In this document: positions 8,918 through 18,114 of the stretch, one piece after another
How the letters are laid out: each line of letters begins with the position of its first letter
Numbering within the stretch: position 1 is the first letter of the stretch
NCBI GenBank assembly: GCA_966250725.1
Contig: CBINIO010000001.1
Span: 1 to 38,315 of the forward strand
Length of the DNA: 38,315 bases
Direction of reading: 5' to 3'
Origin: an uncultured Chitinophaga sp.
GTDB taxonomy: Bacteria; Bacteroidota; Bacteroidia; Chitinophagales; Chitinophagaceae
The notes under the pieces: generated by a model
What the model was told of the DNA's origin: nothing
Databases searched by the model: none
The model's input: the letters and a program-made list of their open reading frames with translations, nothing else
Translations under genes and position numbers: made by a program

Positions 8918-9526
8918 ATGCGAAAAGATTTCTCCACGTATACCGATGAACAGGTGTTCCTGCTGGTGAAGCAGGGGCGGAAGGAGGCGTTTGAGGAGAT
9001 CTACAAACGTTTCTGGCAGGAGCTGCTCGATGCCGCCTACCGGCGTGTAAAAGACCGGGAAACGGCGATGGAGCTGGTGCAGGGCCTGCTGGTGAACCTT
9101 TACGTGAAGCGGGAGGCCATCACGCTGCAGGGCTCGCTTCGCAGCTACCTGCATACTTCCCTGAAAAACCGCGTGCTGAACACCATGCGCGCCGAGCTGG
9201 TGCGCCACACCTACCAGCAGCATATGCTGAAAGACGGCGGCCCGCGGCATGCGGACGCGGTAAACGGCCTGCAATTAAAAGAGCTGCAGCAGCGGATCGA
9301 CGAATCCTGCGCCAGCATGCCCGAAAAATGCAGGGAAGTATTTTACCTGAGCCGGCGCGAGCATTTATCGTACCAGCATATCGCCGAGCAGCTGGGCATT
9401 TCCGTCAGCACCGTGGAAAAACATATGGTGAAAGCGCTCAAAATACTGCGCGCCCGCCTCAAAGAATACAACTTTACCGTATTCTGGCTGCTGGTCACGT
9501 TGTTGATAACGTCCAACTATTTTTGA
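8918..9526 (+). CDS. ECF RNA polymerase sigma-70 factor (Bacteroidota PUL-associated type)
   Basis: 202 aa from ATG8918. Region 2 (AFEEIYKRFW...LRSYLHTSLKNRVLN) and region 4 HTH (MPEKCREVFYLSRREHLSYQHIAEQLGISVSTVEKHMVKALK). Adjacent to fecR and an STN-SusC. Confidence 0.93.
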   Translation: MRKDFSTYTDEQVFLLVKQGRKEAFEEIYKRFWQELLDAAYRRVKDRETAMELVQGLLVNLYVKREAITLQGSLRSYLHTSLKNRVLNTMRAELVRHTYQQHMLKDGGPRHADAVNGLQLKELQQRIDESCASMPEKCREVFYLSRREHLSYQHIAEQLGISVSTVEKHMVKALKILRARLKEYNFTVFWLLVTLLITSNYF

Positions 9527-9535
9527 AAGGCAGTG

Positions 9536-9559
9536 GAGGTAGACCGTTTTTCAGGTGTC
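9536..9559 (+). promoter_or_regulatory. Candidate ECF-sigma promoter, copy 2 (GAGGT-N14-GTGTC), upstream of fecR-susC
   Basis: Lies in the 55-nt gap between sigma and fecR, ending 23 nt before ATG9582. Same motif and spacing as copies 1 and 3. Confidence 0.6.
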
Positions 9560-9581
9560 TAATGTTAGAGAGACTTTAAAG

Positions 9582-10565
9582 ATGAACAACACCCGGTTAA
9601 AAGAACTATTGGATAAATACCTGGATGGAACTGCCACGGCGGCCGAGATCCGGGAAATAGACGATTGGTACCGGTCTTTCGACGATCATGCCGGTCTTAC
9701 CGGACAACTGGATGCCGGGCAGCTGGCCGCGCTGGAACAGCTGCTGTTCATGCGGGTGAGCAAAGGGATTGAAGAAGCAGGTCCCGCGCCGCGGATCGTA
9801 AGAAGTTCTTCCCGTTACTGGTGGGCCGCCGCAAGCATCGCCGTGCTGCTCGCCGCCGGAGGGACCTATTTTGCGATGGAAAAGAAAACGCCGGTGGAAA
9901 CGGCCGCGGTTACTTTCTCCGAACAAACCGCCAGGGGCAGCATCAAAAAGATCGCGTTGCCGGACGGCACCGTGGTTTGGCTGAACTTTGACAGCAAGAT
10001 ACGGTACGCCGCGCAGGAGGGCCGCGAAGTGTGGCTGGAAGGCGAAGGATATTTCGAAGTGGCGCCGCAGCAGGGGAAAACATTCCTTGTGCACGCGGGA
10101 GCGCTTGACGTGAATGTGCTGGGCACCAGCTTTAACGTGGACGCGTACGCGCCGGGCGAGCAGGTAACCGTAACCGTCGCCAGCGGCAAAGTAGCGATCG
10201 GGAACGAAAACACGGCACGCGCCACGCTGGCCGCCAATCAGCAGGCGGTATACCTGGCGGCGGCCAACACGATAGCAACGAACGAGATCACGGCGGAGGA
10301 TTTCAGCGCCTGGAGACAGGGACAGCTGGTGTTCAAAAAAACCATGTTCGGCCATATCGCGCAAAAGCTGGAACGCCGCTACAACGCGCGCATCGGCTTT
10401 GCGCAGGAGCATATCGCCAAAGCGGTGCTTACCGCGCGCTTCGACGAAAATGTGCCTTTGAAGGACGTGCTGCACATGCTTTGTGATATTTACGGCTTCA
10501 GCTACCGCCAGGAGCCGGGTAAAAACGAATATGTAATTTACGACGACAATCAGCCAGGACAATGA
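9582..10565 (+). CDS. fecR: FecR-family anti-sigma factor
   Basis: N-terminal LLDKYLDGTATAAE, one TM segment (WWAAASIAVLLAAGG), FecR motifs LPDGTVVWLN, VWLEGEGYFEV and VLGTSFNV, C-terminal AWRQGQLVF domain. Start placed at ATG9582 rather than GTG9555. Confidence 0.93.
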   Translation: MNNTRLKELLDKYLDGTATAAEIREIDDWYRSFDDHAGLTGQLDAGQLAALEQLLFMRVSKGIEEAGPAPRIVRSSSRYWWAAASIAVLLAAGGTYFAMEKKTPVETAAVTFSEQTARGSIKKIALPDGTVVWLNFDSKIRYAAQEGREVWLEGEGYFEVAPQQGKTFLVHAGALDVNVLGTSFNVDAYAPGEQVTVTVASGKVAIGNENTARATLAANQQAVYLAAANTIATNEITAEDFSAWRQGQLVFKKTMFGHIAQKLERRYNARIGFAQEHIAKAVLTARFDENVPLKDVLHMLCDIYGFSYRQEPGKNEYVIYDDNQPGQ

Positions 10566-10605
10566 ACCGGATATGGTCATCCGTGTAGAGCGATAATTTC
10601 TAGTT

Positions 10606-13600
10606 ATGAACGAGATACGAGCGGAACGCCTGCACATCAGGCCCGGGCGGCTTTATTGCTGCCTGGTGCTGGCATTGTGCTGCCTGTCCGTTCTGCGCGC
10701 CGCCGCGCAATCCGCTCCCGCGGACGAGCTGCGGCGTACCCTGGTGACCATAACAGCAAGCGGCCAAACGCTCGACAAAGTGTTTGAACAGATCGAAGCC
10801 GCCACCCGTTTCAGGTTCGTATACAATCCTTCCGAAATAATAGCCGCGGGCAAAGTAACGATAACGCAGAAAAACGTGTCCGTAGAACAGGTGCTGAAAA
10901 TGCTGCCGCCCGTTTTGCAATACGAGCTGCGGGGCAGGAACATCCTCATCACCCGGAAAGAAACGCCCCCGCCCGAAACGCCCGCTGAACCCATGCTCAC
11001 CGGCCGCGTGATGGACGCAAAAGCCAATCCGCTCGCGGGGGTAAGCATCACGGTAAGAGGCACCGAAGTCCGCGCAGCTACCGGTCCCGGCGGCGCTTTC
11101 AGCATCCGCGCATGGCCGGGCGACACGCTGCACCTGAGCCTCATCGGGTTCCGCGAGCAATGGGTACAGGTGGAACAGGCGGACATGATCTATATTACCA
11201 TGCTGCCAAAACATTCGTCGCTCAAGGAAGTGGTGGTGATCGGCTACGGCACTTCCAGCAAGGAAAATCTCACCACCGCCGTAGGCACCGTAAAAGGGGA
11301 AGAGCTGAAAGAACGCTCCACCACCATGAACGTGATGCAGGGCCTGGCCGGCAAAGTAGCCGGGGTGAGCGTGATGATGAACTCCGGCAAACCCGGCGGC
11401 AATCCCATCGTGAAGATCAGGGGCACCGGCTCCATCAACGCATACAACGGCCCGCTGTACGTCATAGACGGCATCGTGGGCGCGGACCCGATGATCATAG
11501 ACCCGAACATCGTGGCCGCGATAGACGTGCTGAAAGACGCCGCGGCTTCGGCCATTTACGGTTCGAGAGGCTCCAACGGCGTGATCGTGATCACCACCAA
11601 AAAAGGCACAAAAAGCAGCCCGGACATTTCTTTCAGGAACACGCTGAGCTTTGGCTCGCTCGCGCGGAAAGTAAAACTGATGAACGCGGAAGAATCGCTG
11701 GAGATGTTCAAACGGGAATACGAATACCTTCCCGGCCGCACCGCGCCGCACCTGGACGCATCGCGGCAGTTCCCGCGGAAAGAAGAGCTGTTCGACGAAG
11801 ACGGTACGCCGAAATATAACACGGACTGGCAGGAAGAAGCAAGCCGGACGGCCGTGTCCCACGAACATTCTTTGTCGCTGTCCGCGGGGAAGGAAGGGAT
11901 CACTGCGCTGGTGAACCTTTCTTATAACGATCAGCAGGGCATACTCATCAACAGCTATTCGCGGCAGGTGAACGGTTTTGTCAACGTCGGCTGGGACGTG
12001 AAAAAGTGGCTGCATGTGCAGGCCGTGATCAACAGCGGCGCGTTCAAGCAGAATAATGTGGACATCAATACCTTCGGCCTCAACGCCGTGCGGCAGATCT
12101 ACGAGTTCCTGCCGTTTTTGCCGGTGCGGTATGCGGACGGGAGTTATTCGCGGAAAGGCGACTATCCCGGCGCGGAAGATTCGGAGAACCCGGTGAGGCT
12201 GATGCGGGAAGTGAAATCGGTAGCCGGCCGCACATACACGATGGGCAATCTCATCGCCACGTTTAAGTTCAGCGACAAGCTGCACTTTACAGCCGGCCTC
12301 AGCGGGCAGACCGGCACGAATTACAACCTTTATTTTTCCGGCCGCGACATCCGCGGTTATTCCGATACGCAGCAGGGCGTGGCTACGCGCAGTCACGGCA
12401 ATTCCGGCTCATGGACCACCGAAGATTACCTGACCTGGAACGACCAGTTCGGCAAACACAAGCTCACCGCCGTGGCCGGCGCCAGCTGGTACTACTTCGC
12501 CAACATGAACACCAAGGCGGGCAGCGAAGGTTTCTTCGATGATTTTTTTTCTTACAACAGCCTGCAGACGGGCCTCGTGCCGCAGCGACCGGAATCCGGC
12601 ACCAGTAATACAGCCATGAACTCGTACTACATGCGGTTCAACTACGATTACGACAGCCGCTACCTGTTCGGTTTTTCGTTCCGTGCGGACGGTTCGTCGA
12701 GGTTTGGCGCGAATAACCGGTACGGTTACTTCCCGAGCTTCTCCGCCGCATGGCGTTTGTCGTCCGAGCCGTTCATGCAGAACCTGCGCGCGGTGAACGA
12801 TCTGAAGCTGCGCGGCAGCTACGGCATCGTGGGCAATGCGGATATCGGGGATTACGTCACGCAGGACAGGGTGCGCAGCGGTCAGGTGGTGTTCGACGGG
12901 CAGGTGGCGCCTTCCGCCACGCTCGAAGCGCTGGGCAACCGCAACCTGAAATGGGAAAAAGCGCACCAGCTGAATGTCGGCATCGATGCGTCGCTGCTGG
13001 ACGGCAGGCTGCAGTTCACCGGCGATATTTACAACCGCGTAACGAAAGACCTGCTGTATTATAAATTACTGCCGTCCACCACGGGGTACGAAGGCGTGTT
13101 CGACAACATCGGCTCCATCCGCAACCGCGGCATCGAGCTGTCGCTGGTAACGAACAATATCCGGCACGGCGAAGTGTCGTGGAACACCTCGCTGATCTGG
13201 TCGATGAACCGTTCCCTCGTGCTGGAGCTGAACGGCGACATCATGTATCCATGGGGCGGGCGCATTATGGAAGGCCGGCCGCTGAACGAATTTTACGGCT
13301 ACCTCCGGCTGGGCACCTGGGGTACGGACGAAGCCGCGGAAGCCGCCGTGTTCGGCAAAAAGCCCGGCGACCTCAAGTACGCCGACCTGAACAACAACAA
13401 AGTAAAGGACGCGGACGACCGCACGGTGCTGGGCAACGGCATGCCTGACTTCGAGGCGAGCATGGCGAATACCGTTACCTACAAAGGGTTTTCGCTGGGG
13501 GTAGACCTGCAGGCCATTTACGGGCACAGTCTCGCCAACTTCACCCGCCTGCTCATGCAGAACGCCGCGCCGACGACCAACAGCTACCGCAGCCTGCTCA

Positions 13601-13941
13601 ACGCCTGGACGCCGCAGCGGCAGCAGGTGATGGACGCCGCGCTGCGCCTGCCCGGCGACGGTTTCGACAGCGAGATGGACAGCTACAATATCGAAAAAGG
13701 AACTTTCCTCCGTGTGCGGAACATCGCGTTCGGCTACCGGCTGAATGAAAACTGGCTGAAAAAGTACCGCATAAAAACGGCGATGCTCAGCCTCAACCTG
13801 GAAAATTATTTCCTGTTCACCGGCTACAAAGGCTACGATCCCGAAGCTTCGTCCTTCGACGGCGATTTTAACCAGGGCGTGGACCTGTACCAGTACCCGA
13901 AAGCAAAAACGCTGGCGTTCACCTTAAACGTTACATTTTGA
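10606..13941 (+). CDS. susC: SusC/RagA TonB-dependent transporter with N-terminal STN signalling domain (transducer)
   Basis: 1111 aa. STN-like TLDKVFEQIEAATRFRFVY, CarboxypepD-like domain, LKEVVVIGYG, PLYVIDG, VLKDAAASAIYGSRGSNGVIVITTK, RADGSSRFG, LKWEK, C-terminal Phe. Confidence 0.96.
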   Translation: MNEIRAERLHIRPGRLYCCLVLALCCLSVLRAAAQSAPADELRRTLVTITASGQTLDKVFEQIEAATRFRFVYNPSEIIAAGKVTITQKNVSVEQVLKMLPPVLQYELRGRNILITRKETPPPETPAEPMLTGRVMDAKANPLAGVSITVRGTEVRAATGPGGAFSIRAWPGDTLHLSLIGFREQWVQVEQADMIYITMLPKHSSLKEVVVIGYGTSSKENLTTAVGTVKGEELKERSTTMNVMQGLAGKVAGVSVMMNSGKPGGNPIVKIRGTGSINAYNGPLYVIDGIVGADPMIIDPNIVAAIDVLKDAAASAIYGSRGSNGVIVITTKKGTKSSPDISFRNTLSFGSLARKVKLMNAEESLEMFKREYEYLPGRTAPHLDASRQFPRKEELFDEDGTPKYNTDWQEEASRTAVSHEHSLSLSAGKEGITALVNLSYNDQQGILINSYSRQVNGFVNVGWDVKKWLHVQAVINSGAFKQNNVDINTFGLNAVRQIYEFLPFLPVRYADGSYSRKGDYPGAEDSENPVRLMREVKSVAGRTYTMGNLIATFKFSDKLHFTAGLSGQTGTNYNLYFSGRDIRGYSDTQQGVATRSHGNSGSWTTEDYLTWNDQFGKHKLTAVAGASWYYFANMNTKAGSEGFFDDFFSYNSLQTGLVPQRPESGTSNTAMNSYYMRFNYDYDSRYLFGFSFRADGSSRFGANNRYGYFPSFSAAWRLSSEPFMQNLRAVNDLKLRGSYGIVGNADIGDYVTQDRVRSGQVVFDGQVAPSATLEALGNRNLKWEKAHQLNVGIDASLLDGRLQFTGDIYNRVTKDLLYYKLLPSTTGYEGVFDNIGSIRNRGIELSLVTNNIRHGEVSWNTSLIWSMNRSLVLELNGDIMYPWGGRIMEGRPLNEFYGYLRLGTWGTDEAAEAAVFGKKPGDLKYADLNNNKVKDADDRTVLGNGMPDFEASMANTVTYKGFSLGVDLQAIYGHSLANFTRLLMQNAAPTTNSYRSLLNAWTPQRQQVMDAALRLPGDGFDSEMDSYNIEKGTFLRVRNIAFGYRLNENWLKKYRIKTAMLSLNLENYFLFTGYKGYDPEASSFDGDFNQGVDLYQYPKAKTLAFTLNVTF

Positions 13942-13955
13942 AAAGAGGCCGACAT

Positions 13956-15440
13956 ATGAAAAGAATGGGGTTGCTGTTGTTGCTGGCGGTGGTTTCGTCC
14001 TGCAACAAGTTCCTGGAAGAAGAGCCTTCAGGCTCGCTCAACCTCTCGCGTTATTACAAAACGCCCGAGCAGGTGAGCGCCGCCGTGAACGGCACTTACA
14101 AAGGATTAGCCATTCCTTTCACGGTGGAGATCGGCGTTTCCGTGAGCCCGGTGTATTCGCTGGAGTATATCACCGGCTACAGCCGGAGGCCGCGCCCGTC
14201 GGGGTTTGAGGACGACCAGTTCCTGCGGCTGAACCGGATAGACAATGCCAATTCGCGATTGCAGGGATGGTGGAACGCAACCTATTACCCCGTGGAAAAC
14301 TGCAACAGTGTGATCGAGCATGTGAGCGTGACCACCCTGGTGGATGAAACGACGAAGCAGCGGTATCTCGGCCAGGCGTATTTCCTGCGTGCATGGTATT
14401 ATTTCCAGGCGGTGCGGCTTTTTGGGGACGTTCCTTTGAAGCTGGTCACCACAAAGGATTTGAACGATGTGAAGATCCGGAGGTCGCCAAAGGAAGCGGT
14501 GTACGAACAGATCGTGAAGGATCTGCAGGCCGCGGAGAACAGCGGTCTTCCCTGGACGGACCCAAGCGGGCGTGTGAGTCTCGGCGCGGTAAAATCGCTG
14601 CTGGCGAAAGTGTACATCACCATGGCCGGTTATCCTTTGCAGAAAGGAATGCCGTATTACCAGAAGGCGTACGACAAAACAATGGAAGTGATCGGCAGCC
14701 GCCAGTTCTCGTTGTTCGAAGAATACGCCGACCTGCGCAGCGCCGCCGTGCAAAATACGCGCGAGCACATTTTTATGCTGCAGCGCCATCCCACGGTGTC
14801 GCCGAGCAATATCCACGGCGCATACCTGCCGTACCCGAACGAGCCCATTTCCATACAGCCCGCGTACGGCGGGGCGATGGCGCCCACGCAGGCGTTCTAT
14901 GATTCGTATGCGGGCAACGACGGCCGCAAACAGGAGCAGGCGTTTTTTTACACAAAATACCCGCGTTACGGCGATCCGGCGGACACGATCGTTTTTTCTG
15001 CGCCGTACATTTTCCGGTTCTGGGACGAGGAAGCCGAAAGATCGGGCCGCTCCGGCGCCAACTTCCCGCTGATACGGTATGCTGACGTGCTGCTGTTGTG
15101 CGCCGAAGCAAAAAGCCACCTCGACGGCGGCCAAACTTCCGACGCAGCAGCCATCGACGCATATTACGCGGTTCGCCGCCGCGCGTTCCCGGCGGAAGCA
15201 AAACCGGCGGTGATCACAACCGACGAAATATTAAAAGAAAGATACTGGGAGCTTTGTTTTGAATTCCAGACCTGGTACGACATGCTGCGCACCCGGCGCG
15301 CCTTTGACGTGGAGCGGGGCATTATGACCGGCCTCGTGGGGTACAGGGCGCCGAATCACACGCGGGCATTCCAGGAAAGCGATCTCGAATTTCCATTACC
15401 ACTCGCCGAAGTTCAGAAAAACCCGGACTTGGCCCTTTAA
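13956..15440 (+). CDS. susD: SusD/RagB glycan-binding outer-membrane lipoprotein
   Basis: Lipobox VVSSC, GQAYFLRAWYYFQAVRLFGDVP, AVKSLLAKVY, IRYADVLLLCAEA, ERYWELCFE, C-terminal NPDL. Follows susC. Confidence 0.95.
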   Translation: MKRMGLLLLLAVVSSCNKFLEEEPSGSLNLSRYYKTPEQVSAAVNGTYKGLAIPFTVEIGVSVSPVYSLEYITGYSRRPRPSGFEDDQFLRLNRIDNANSRLQGWWNATYYPVENCNSVIEHVSVTTLVDETTKQRYLGQAYFLRAWYYFQAVRLFGDVPLKLVTTKDLNDVKIRRSPKEAVYEQIVKDLQAAENSGLPWTDPSGRVSLGAVKSLLAKVYITMAGYPLQKGMPYYQKAYDKTMEVIGSRQFSLFEEYADLRSAAVQNTREHIFMLQRHPTVSPSNIHGAYLPYPNEPISIQPAYGGAMAPTQAFYDSYAGNDGRKQEQAFFYTKYPRYGDPADTIVFSAPYIFRFWDEEAERSGRSGANFPLIRYADVLLLCAEAKSHLDGGQTSDAAAIDAYYAVRRRAFPAEAKPAVITTDEILKERYWELCFEFQTWYDMLRTRRAFDVERGIMTGLVGYRAPNHTRAFQESDLEFPLPLAEVQKNPDLAL

Positions 15441-15447
15441 CATTCAC

Positions 15448-18108
15448 ATGAAACTAAAACGATTTTGCCTGGCGGTGCTGCTCACCGCTGCGGCACAGGG
15501 AGCTTTTGCCCAGCGGCATTATTTTATTGACGGCTATCACGGCGGCGTATACGGGCATTACCCGGTAGGGTACACCCGCTTTATGACCAGCCAGCTGCAG
15601 GCGAACCCTTACTGGAAAATTAACCTGGAAATAGAACCCGAGACCTGGGACGTTGTAAAGCTCCGGGAACCGGAAACCTATGCCGAATTCAAAAAACTGT
15701 TCGCCGACCAGTCCGATGGCGGGCGCATCGAATACGTGAGCCCCGCGTACGGGCAGAGCTATCTCTACACCGGTTCCGGCGAAAGCATGATCCGCCAGTT
15801 CAGCTACGGCATTAAAAAAGTAAGGGAACATTTTCCCGAAGCGGTGTTTACTACGTATTCGAGCGAGGAGCCTTGTTTTACCAGCGCGTTGCCGCAGGTG
15901 CTGCTTTCTTTCGGGTATAAATATGCATCGCTGAAAAATCCCAATACCTGCTGGGGCGGCTATACGCGGGCGTTTGGCGGCGAGCTGGTGCAATGGCGGG
16001 GGCCGGACGGAAGCAGTCTGCCCACGGTGCCGCGTTACGCGTCCGAAGCATTGGAGGAAAACTCAACGTGGCAAACCACCGCCTGGGACAATGGCCGCGA
16101 ATACATCCGCGCCGCGCTTGCGGCGGGCGTCAAAAATCCGGTGGGCATGTGCCTGCAGGATGCCGGCTGGCGCAACGGCCCCTGGCTGAAACAGAAAGTG
16201 CAGTATGAAACATGGCGCAATTACATCGGTCATATTGCGGACAAACAAAACGCGCAGGTGTGGAAGGTAAGCCAGGAAGACATCAACGTCAGCCTGGTAT
16301 GGGGCGCGCAGGTATTGCAGCGCATCGCGCAGCAGGTGCGGAGCGCGGAGAACAGGCTGGCTTCCGCGGAAAAATACGCCGCCATGAGCGCGTTGTACGA
16401 CGGCTCGCCCTGGCCGCAGCAGGCGCTGGACACCGCCTGGAAATCCTTGCTGCTGGCCCAGCACCACGATTGCTGGATCGTTCCCTACAACGGCCGCAAA
16501 GGCGATACGTGGATCGATAAGGTAAAGCGCTGGACGGATATGACGCTGGCGGTGAGTGACGGTATTCTGCGGCAGGATGTGGCGGAAGAGGATTTTGTGC
16601 ATGGCGCGAATATTATCGCGCGGCCGCGGAATGTGACGGGAAGGGATTTTGTCAGTCGAACGAATGTTACCGCGCAGCCGCGGAATGCGGAGGGAGGGAA
16701 TTTTGTCGGTGGCGCGAATGGTATCGCGCAGCCGCGGAATGTGGCGGCAGGAAACTTTATCCGCGTAGTAAATACCACCGCGCAGCCGCGCGAAGAATGG
16801 GTAGCGTTGCCATTGCGCGATAAGCGCATGATAGAGGTGAAGGATGGGGAAGGTAAACCAGTAGCCGCCTACCGCCAATCGGACAGCTCGATGGTGTTTA
16901 AAGCAATTGTTCCGGCGATGGGTTTTAGTGTGTACCGTCTTGGCGAAGGGAAGGAGAAAGATATGCCGGCCAAACAGGTGAAATATTTGCCCAACGGACG
17001 TTTCCGCATAGAAACGGATATGTACGAATTAGAGATCGACCCCTCAAAAGGCGGCGCCATCACCAGCCTGATCGCAAAAAAAATGCGCGGCCGCCAGATG
17101 GTAGACACAAAAAACGCGCGCGGCTTCAACGAGCTGAGAGGATATTTTTATGAGGAATCCGCCTGGCGCTCCAGCATGGACACCGCCGCCACCGTGCGCA
17201 TCGCGGAGGACAACAAAGCCCGCGTTACGCTCGAGATCAAAGGATTTATCGCCGGGCATCCGTTTACGCAGCTGGTGACGCTCGCAAACGGCCGGCAACG
17301 GATCGACATGCAGGTAAAGATCGACTGGCGCGGCAATCCCGGTATCGGCGCGTATTCGCAGGCGGAACATTATCGCGCGGAAGACGTCCGCAAAGCGTTC
17401 TACAACGACAGTTTTAAACTACAGGTACTCTTCCCCCTCAACCTGCCGGAACAGCGCATCAGCAAAGACGCGCCTTTTGACGTGACGGAAAGCCGCCTGG
17501 AAAACACTTTCTTCAACCGCTGGGACAGCATTAAAAATAACGTGATCCTCCACTGGGCGGATGCCGCCGGCGGAAATGCAGGATTGGCGCTGTTTTCCGA
17601 TCATACTACCAGCTACACGCACGGCAAAGGCCACCCGCTGGGGCTTACGCTGCAATATGTCGGCAGGGCTTTATGGGGAAGGAATTACAACGTCGACGGC
17701 CCCACCATAGTCAACTATGCGATCATCCCGCACAAAGGCAAATGGGACGCCGCCGGTATCGGCCGGGAAGAAACAAAATGGTGCGAACCGCTGGTAGTAA
17801 TGCCTTCGGAAGGAGAAAACGATTTTTCCCTCCTGCATCTGCAGGACGAACGCTGGCAGATACCCGCCATGATGATGAACGGCAACGACCTCCTCATAAG
17901 ACTCTACAACGCCGCGGGCGACGACCGCCCGCACGAAATATTTTTTAACGGGAAAGCCACCGGCGCAGTGCTGGAACGCCTGGACGGCCGGCCCCTGCAA
18001 ACCCTTCAGCTGCGGCAGGTTTCAGGGAAACAGGTCATCCGGCTGGCGATGCCCCGCTTTGGCATCCGCACGGTACGGTTCAAAAATGTAACATCAGCAA
18101 ATAAATAA
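15448..18108 (+). CDS. GH38-like (alpha-mannosidase-related) glycoside hydrolase, atypical
   Basis: 886 aa with signal peptide. Central LLAQHHDCW motif, NTTAQPREEWV, VPAMGFSVY, IETDMYELEIDPSKGGAITSL and LLIRLYN resemble the GH38 middle and C-terminal domains. The N-terminal domain lacks a recognisable HxD metal-binding motif. Confidence 0.7.
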   Translation: MKLKRFCLAVLLTAAAQGAFAQRHYFIDGYHGGVYGHYPVGYTRFMTSQLQANPYWKINLEIEPETWDVVKLREPETYAEFKKLFADQSDGGRIEYVSPAYGQSYLYTGSGESMIRQFSYGIKKVREHFPEAVFTTYSSEEPCFTSALPQVLLSFGYKYASLKNPNTCWGGYTRAFGGELVQWRGPDGSSLPTVPRYASEALEENSTWQTTAWDNGREYIRAALAAGVKNPVGMCLQDAGWRNGPWLKQKVQYETWRNYIGHIADKQNAQVWKVSQEDINVSLVWGAQVLQRIAQQVRSAENRLASAEKYAAMSALYDGSPWPQQALDTAWKSLLLAQHHDCWIVPYNGRKGDTWIDKVKRWTDMTLAVSDGILRQDVAEEDFVHGANIIARPRNVTGRDFVSRTNVTAQPRNAEGGNFVGGANGIAQPRNVAAGNFIRVVNTTAQPREEWVALPLRDKRMIEVKDGEGKPVAAYRQSDSSMVFKAIVPAMGFSVYRLGEGKEKDMPAKQVKYLPNGRFRIETDMYELEIDPSKGGAITSLIAKKMRGRQMVDTKNARGFNELRGYFYEESAWRSSMDTAATVRIAEDNKARVTLEIKGFIAGHPFTQLVTLANGRQRIDMQVKIDWRGNPGIGAYSQAEHYRAEDVRKAFYNDSFKLQVLFPLNLPEQRISKDAPFDVTESRLENTFFNRWDSIKNNVILHWADAAGGNAGLALFSDHTTSYTHGKGHPLGLTLQYVGRALWGRNYNVDGPTIVNYAIIPHKGKWDAAGIGREETKWCEPLVVMPSEGENDFSLLHLQDERWQIPAMMMNGNDLLIRLYNAAGDDRPHEIFFNGKATGAVLERLDGRPLQTLQLRQVSGKQVIRLAMPRFGIRTVRFKNVTSANK
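16591..16791 (+). repeat. In-frame 54-bp (18-aa) degenerate tandem repeat, about 3.7 copies
   Basis: Units start at 16591, 16645, 16699 and 16753: DFVHGANIIARPRNVTGR / DFVSRTNVTAQPRNAEGG / NFVGGANGIAQPRNVAAG / NFIRVVNTTAQPR. Shared DNA core CGCGC(A/G)GCCGCG. Confidence 0.9.
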
Positions 18109-18114
18109 AACGGT

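Noticed and set aside
10566-10590. Small CGGAT/ATCCG hairpin between fecR and susC
   Set aside because: Only a 5-bp stem with no U-tract, too weak to call.
16591-16791. Possible CRISPR array or MITE
   Set aside because: The units are contiguous, in-frame and degenerate, with no unique spacers, no cas genes and no terminal inverted repeats.
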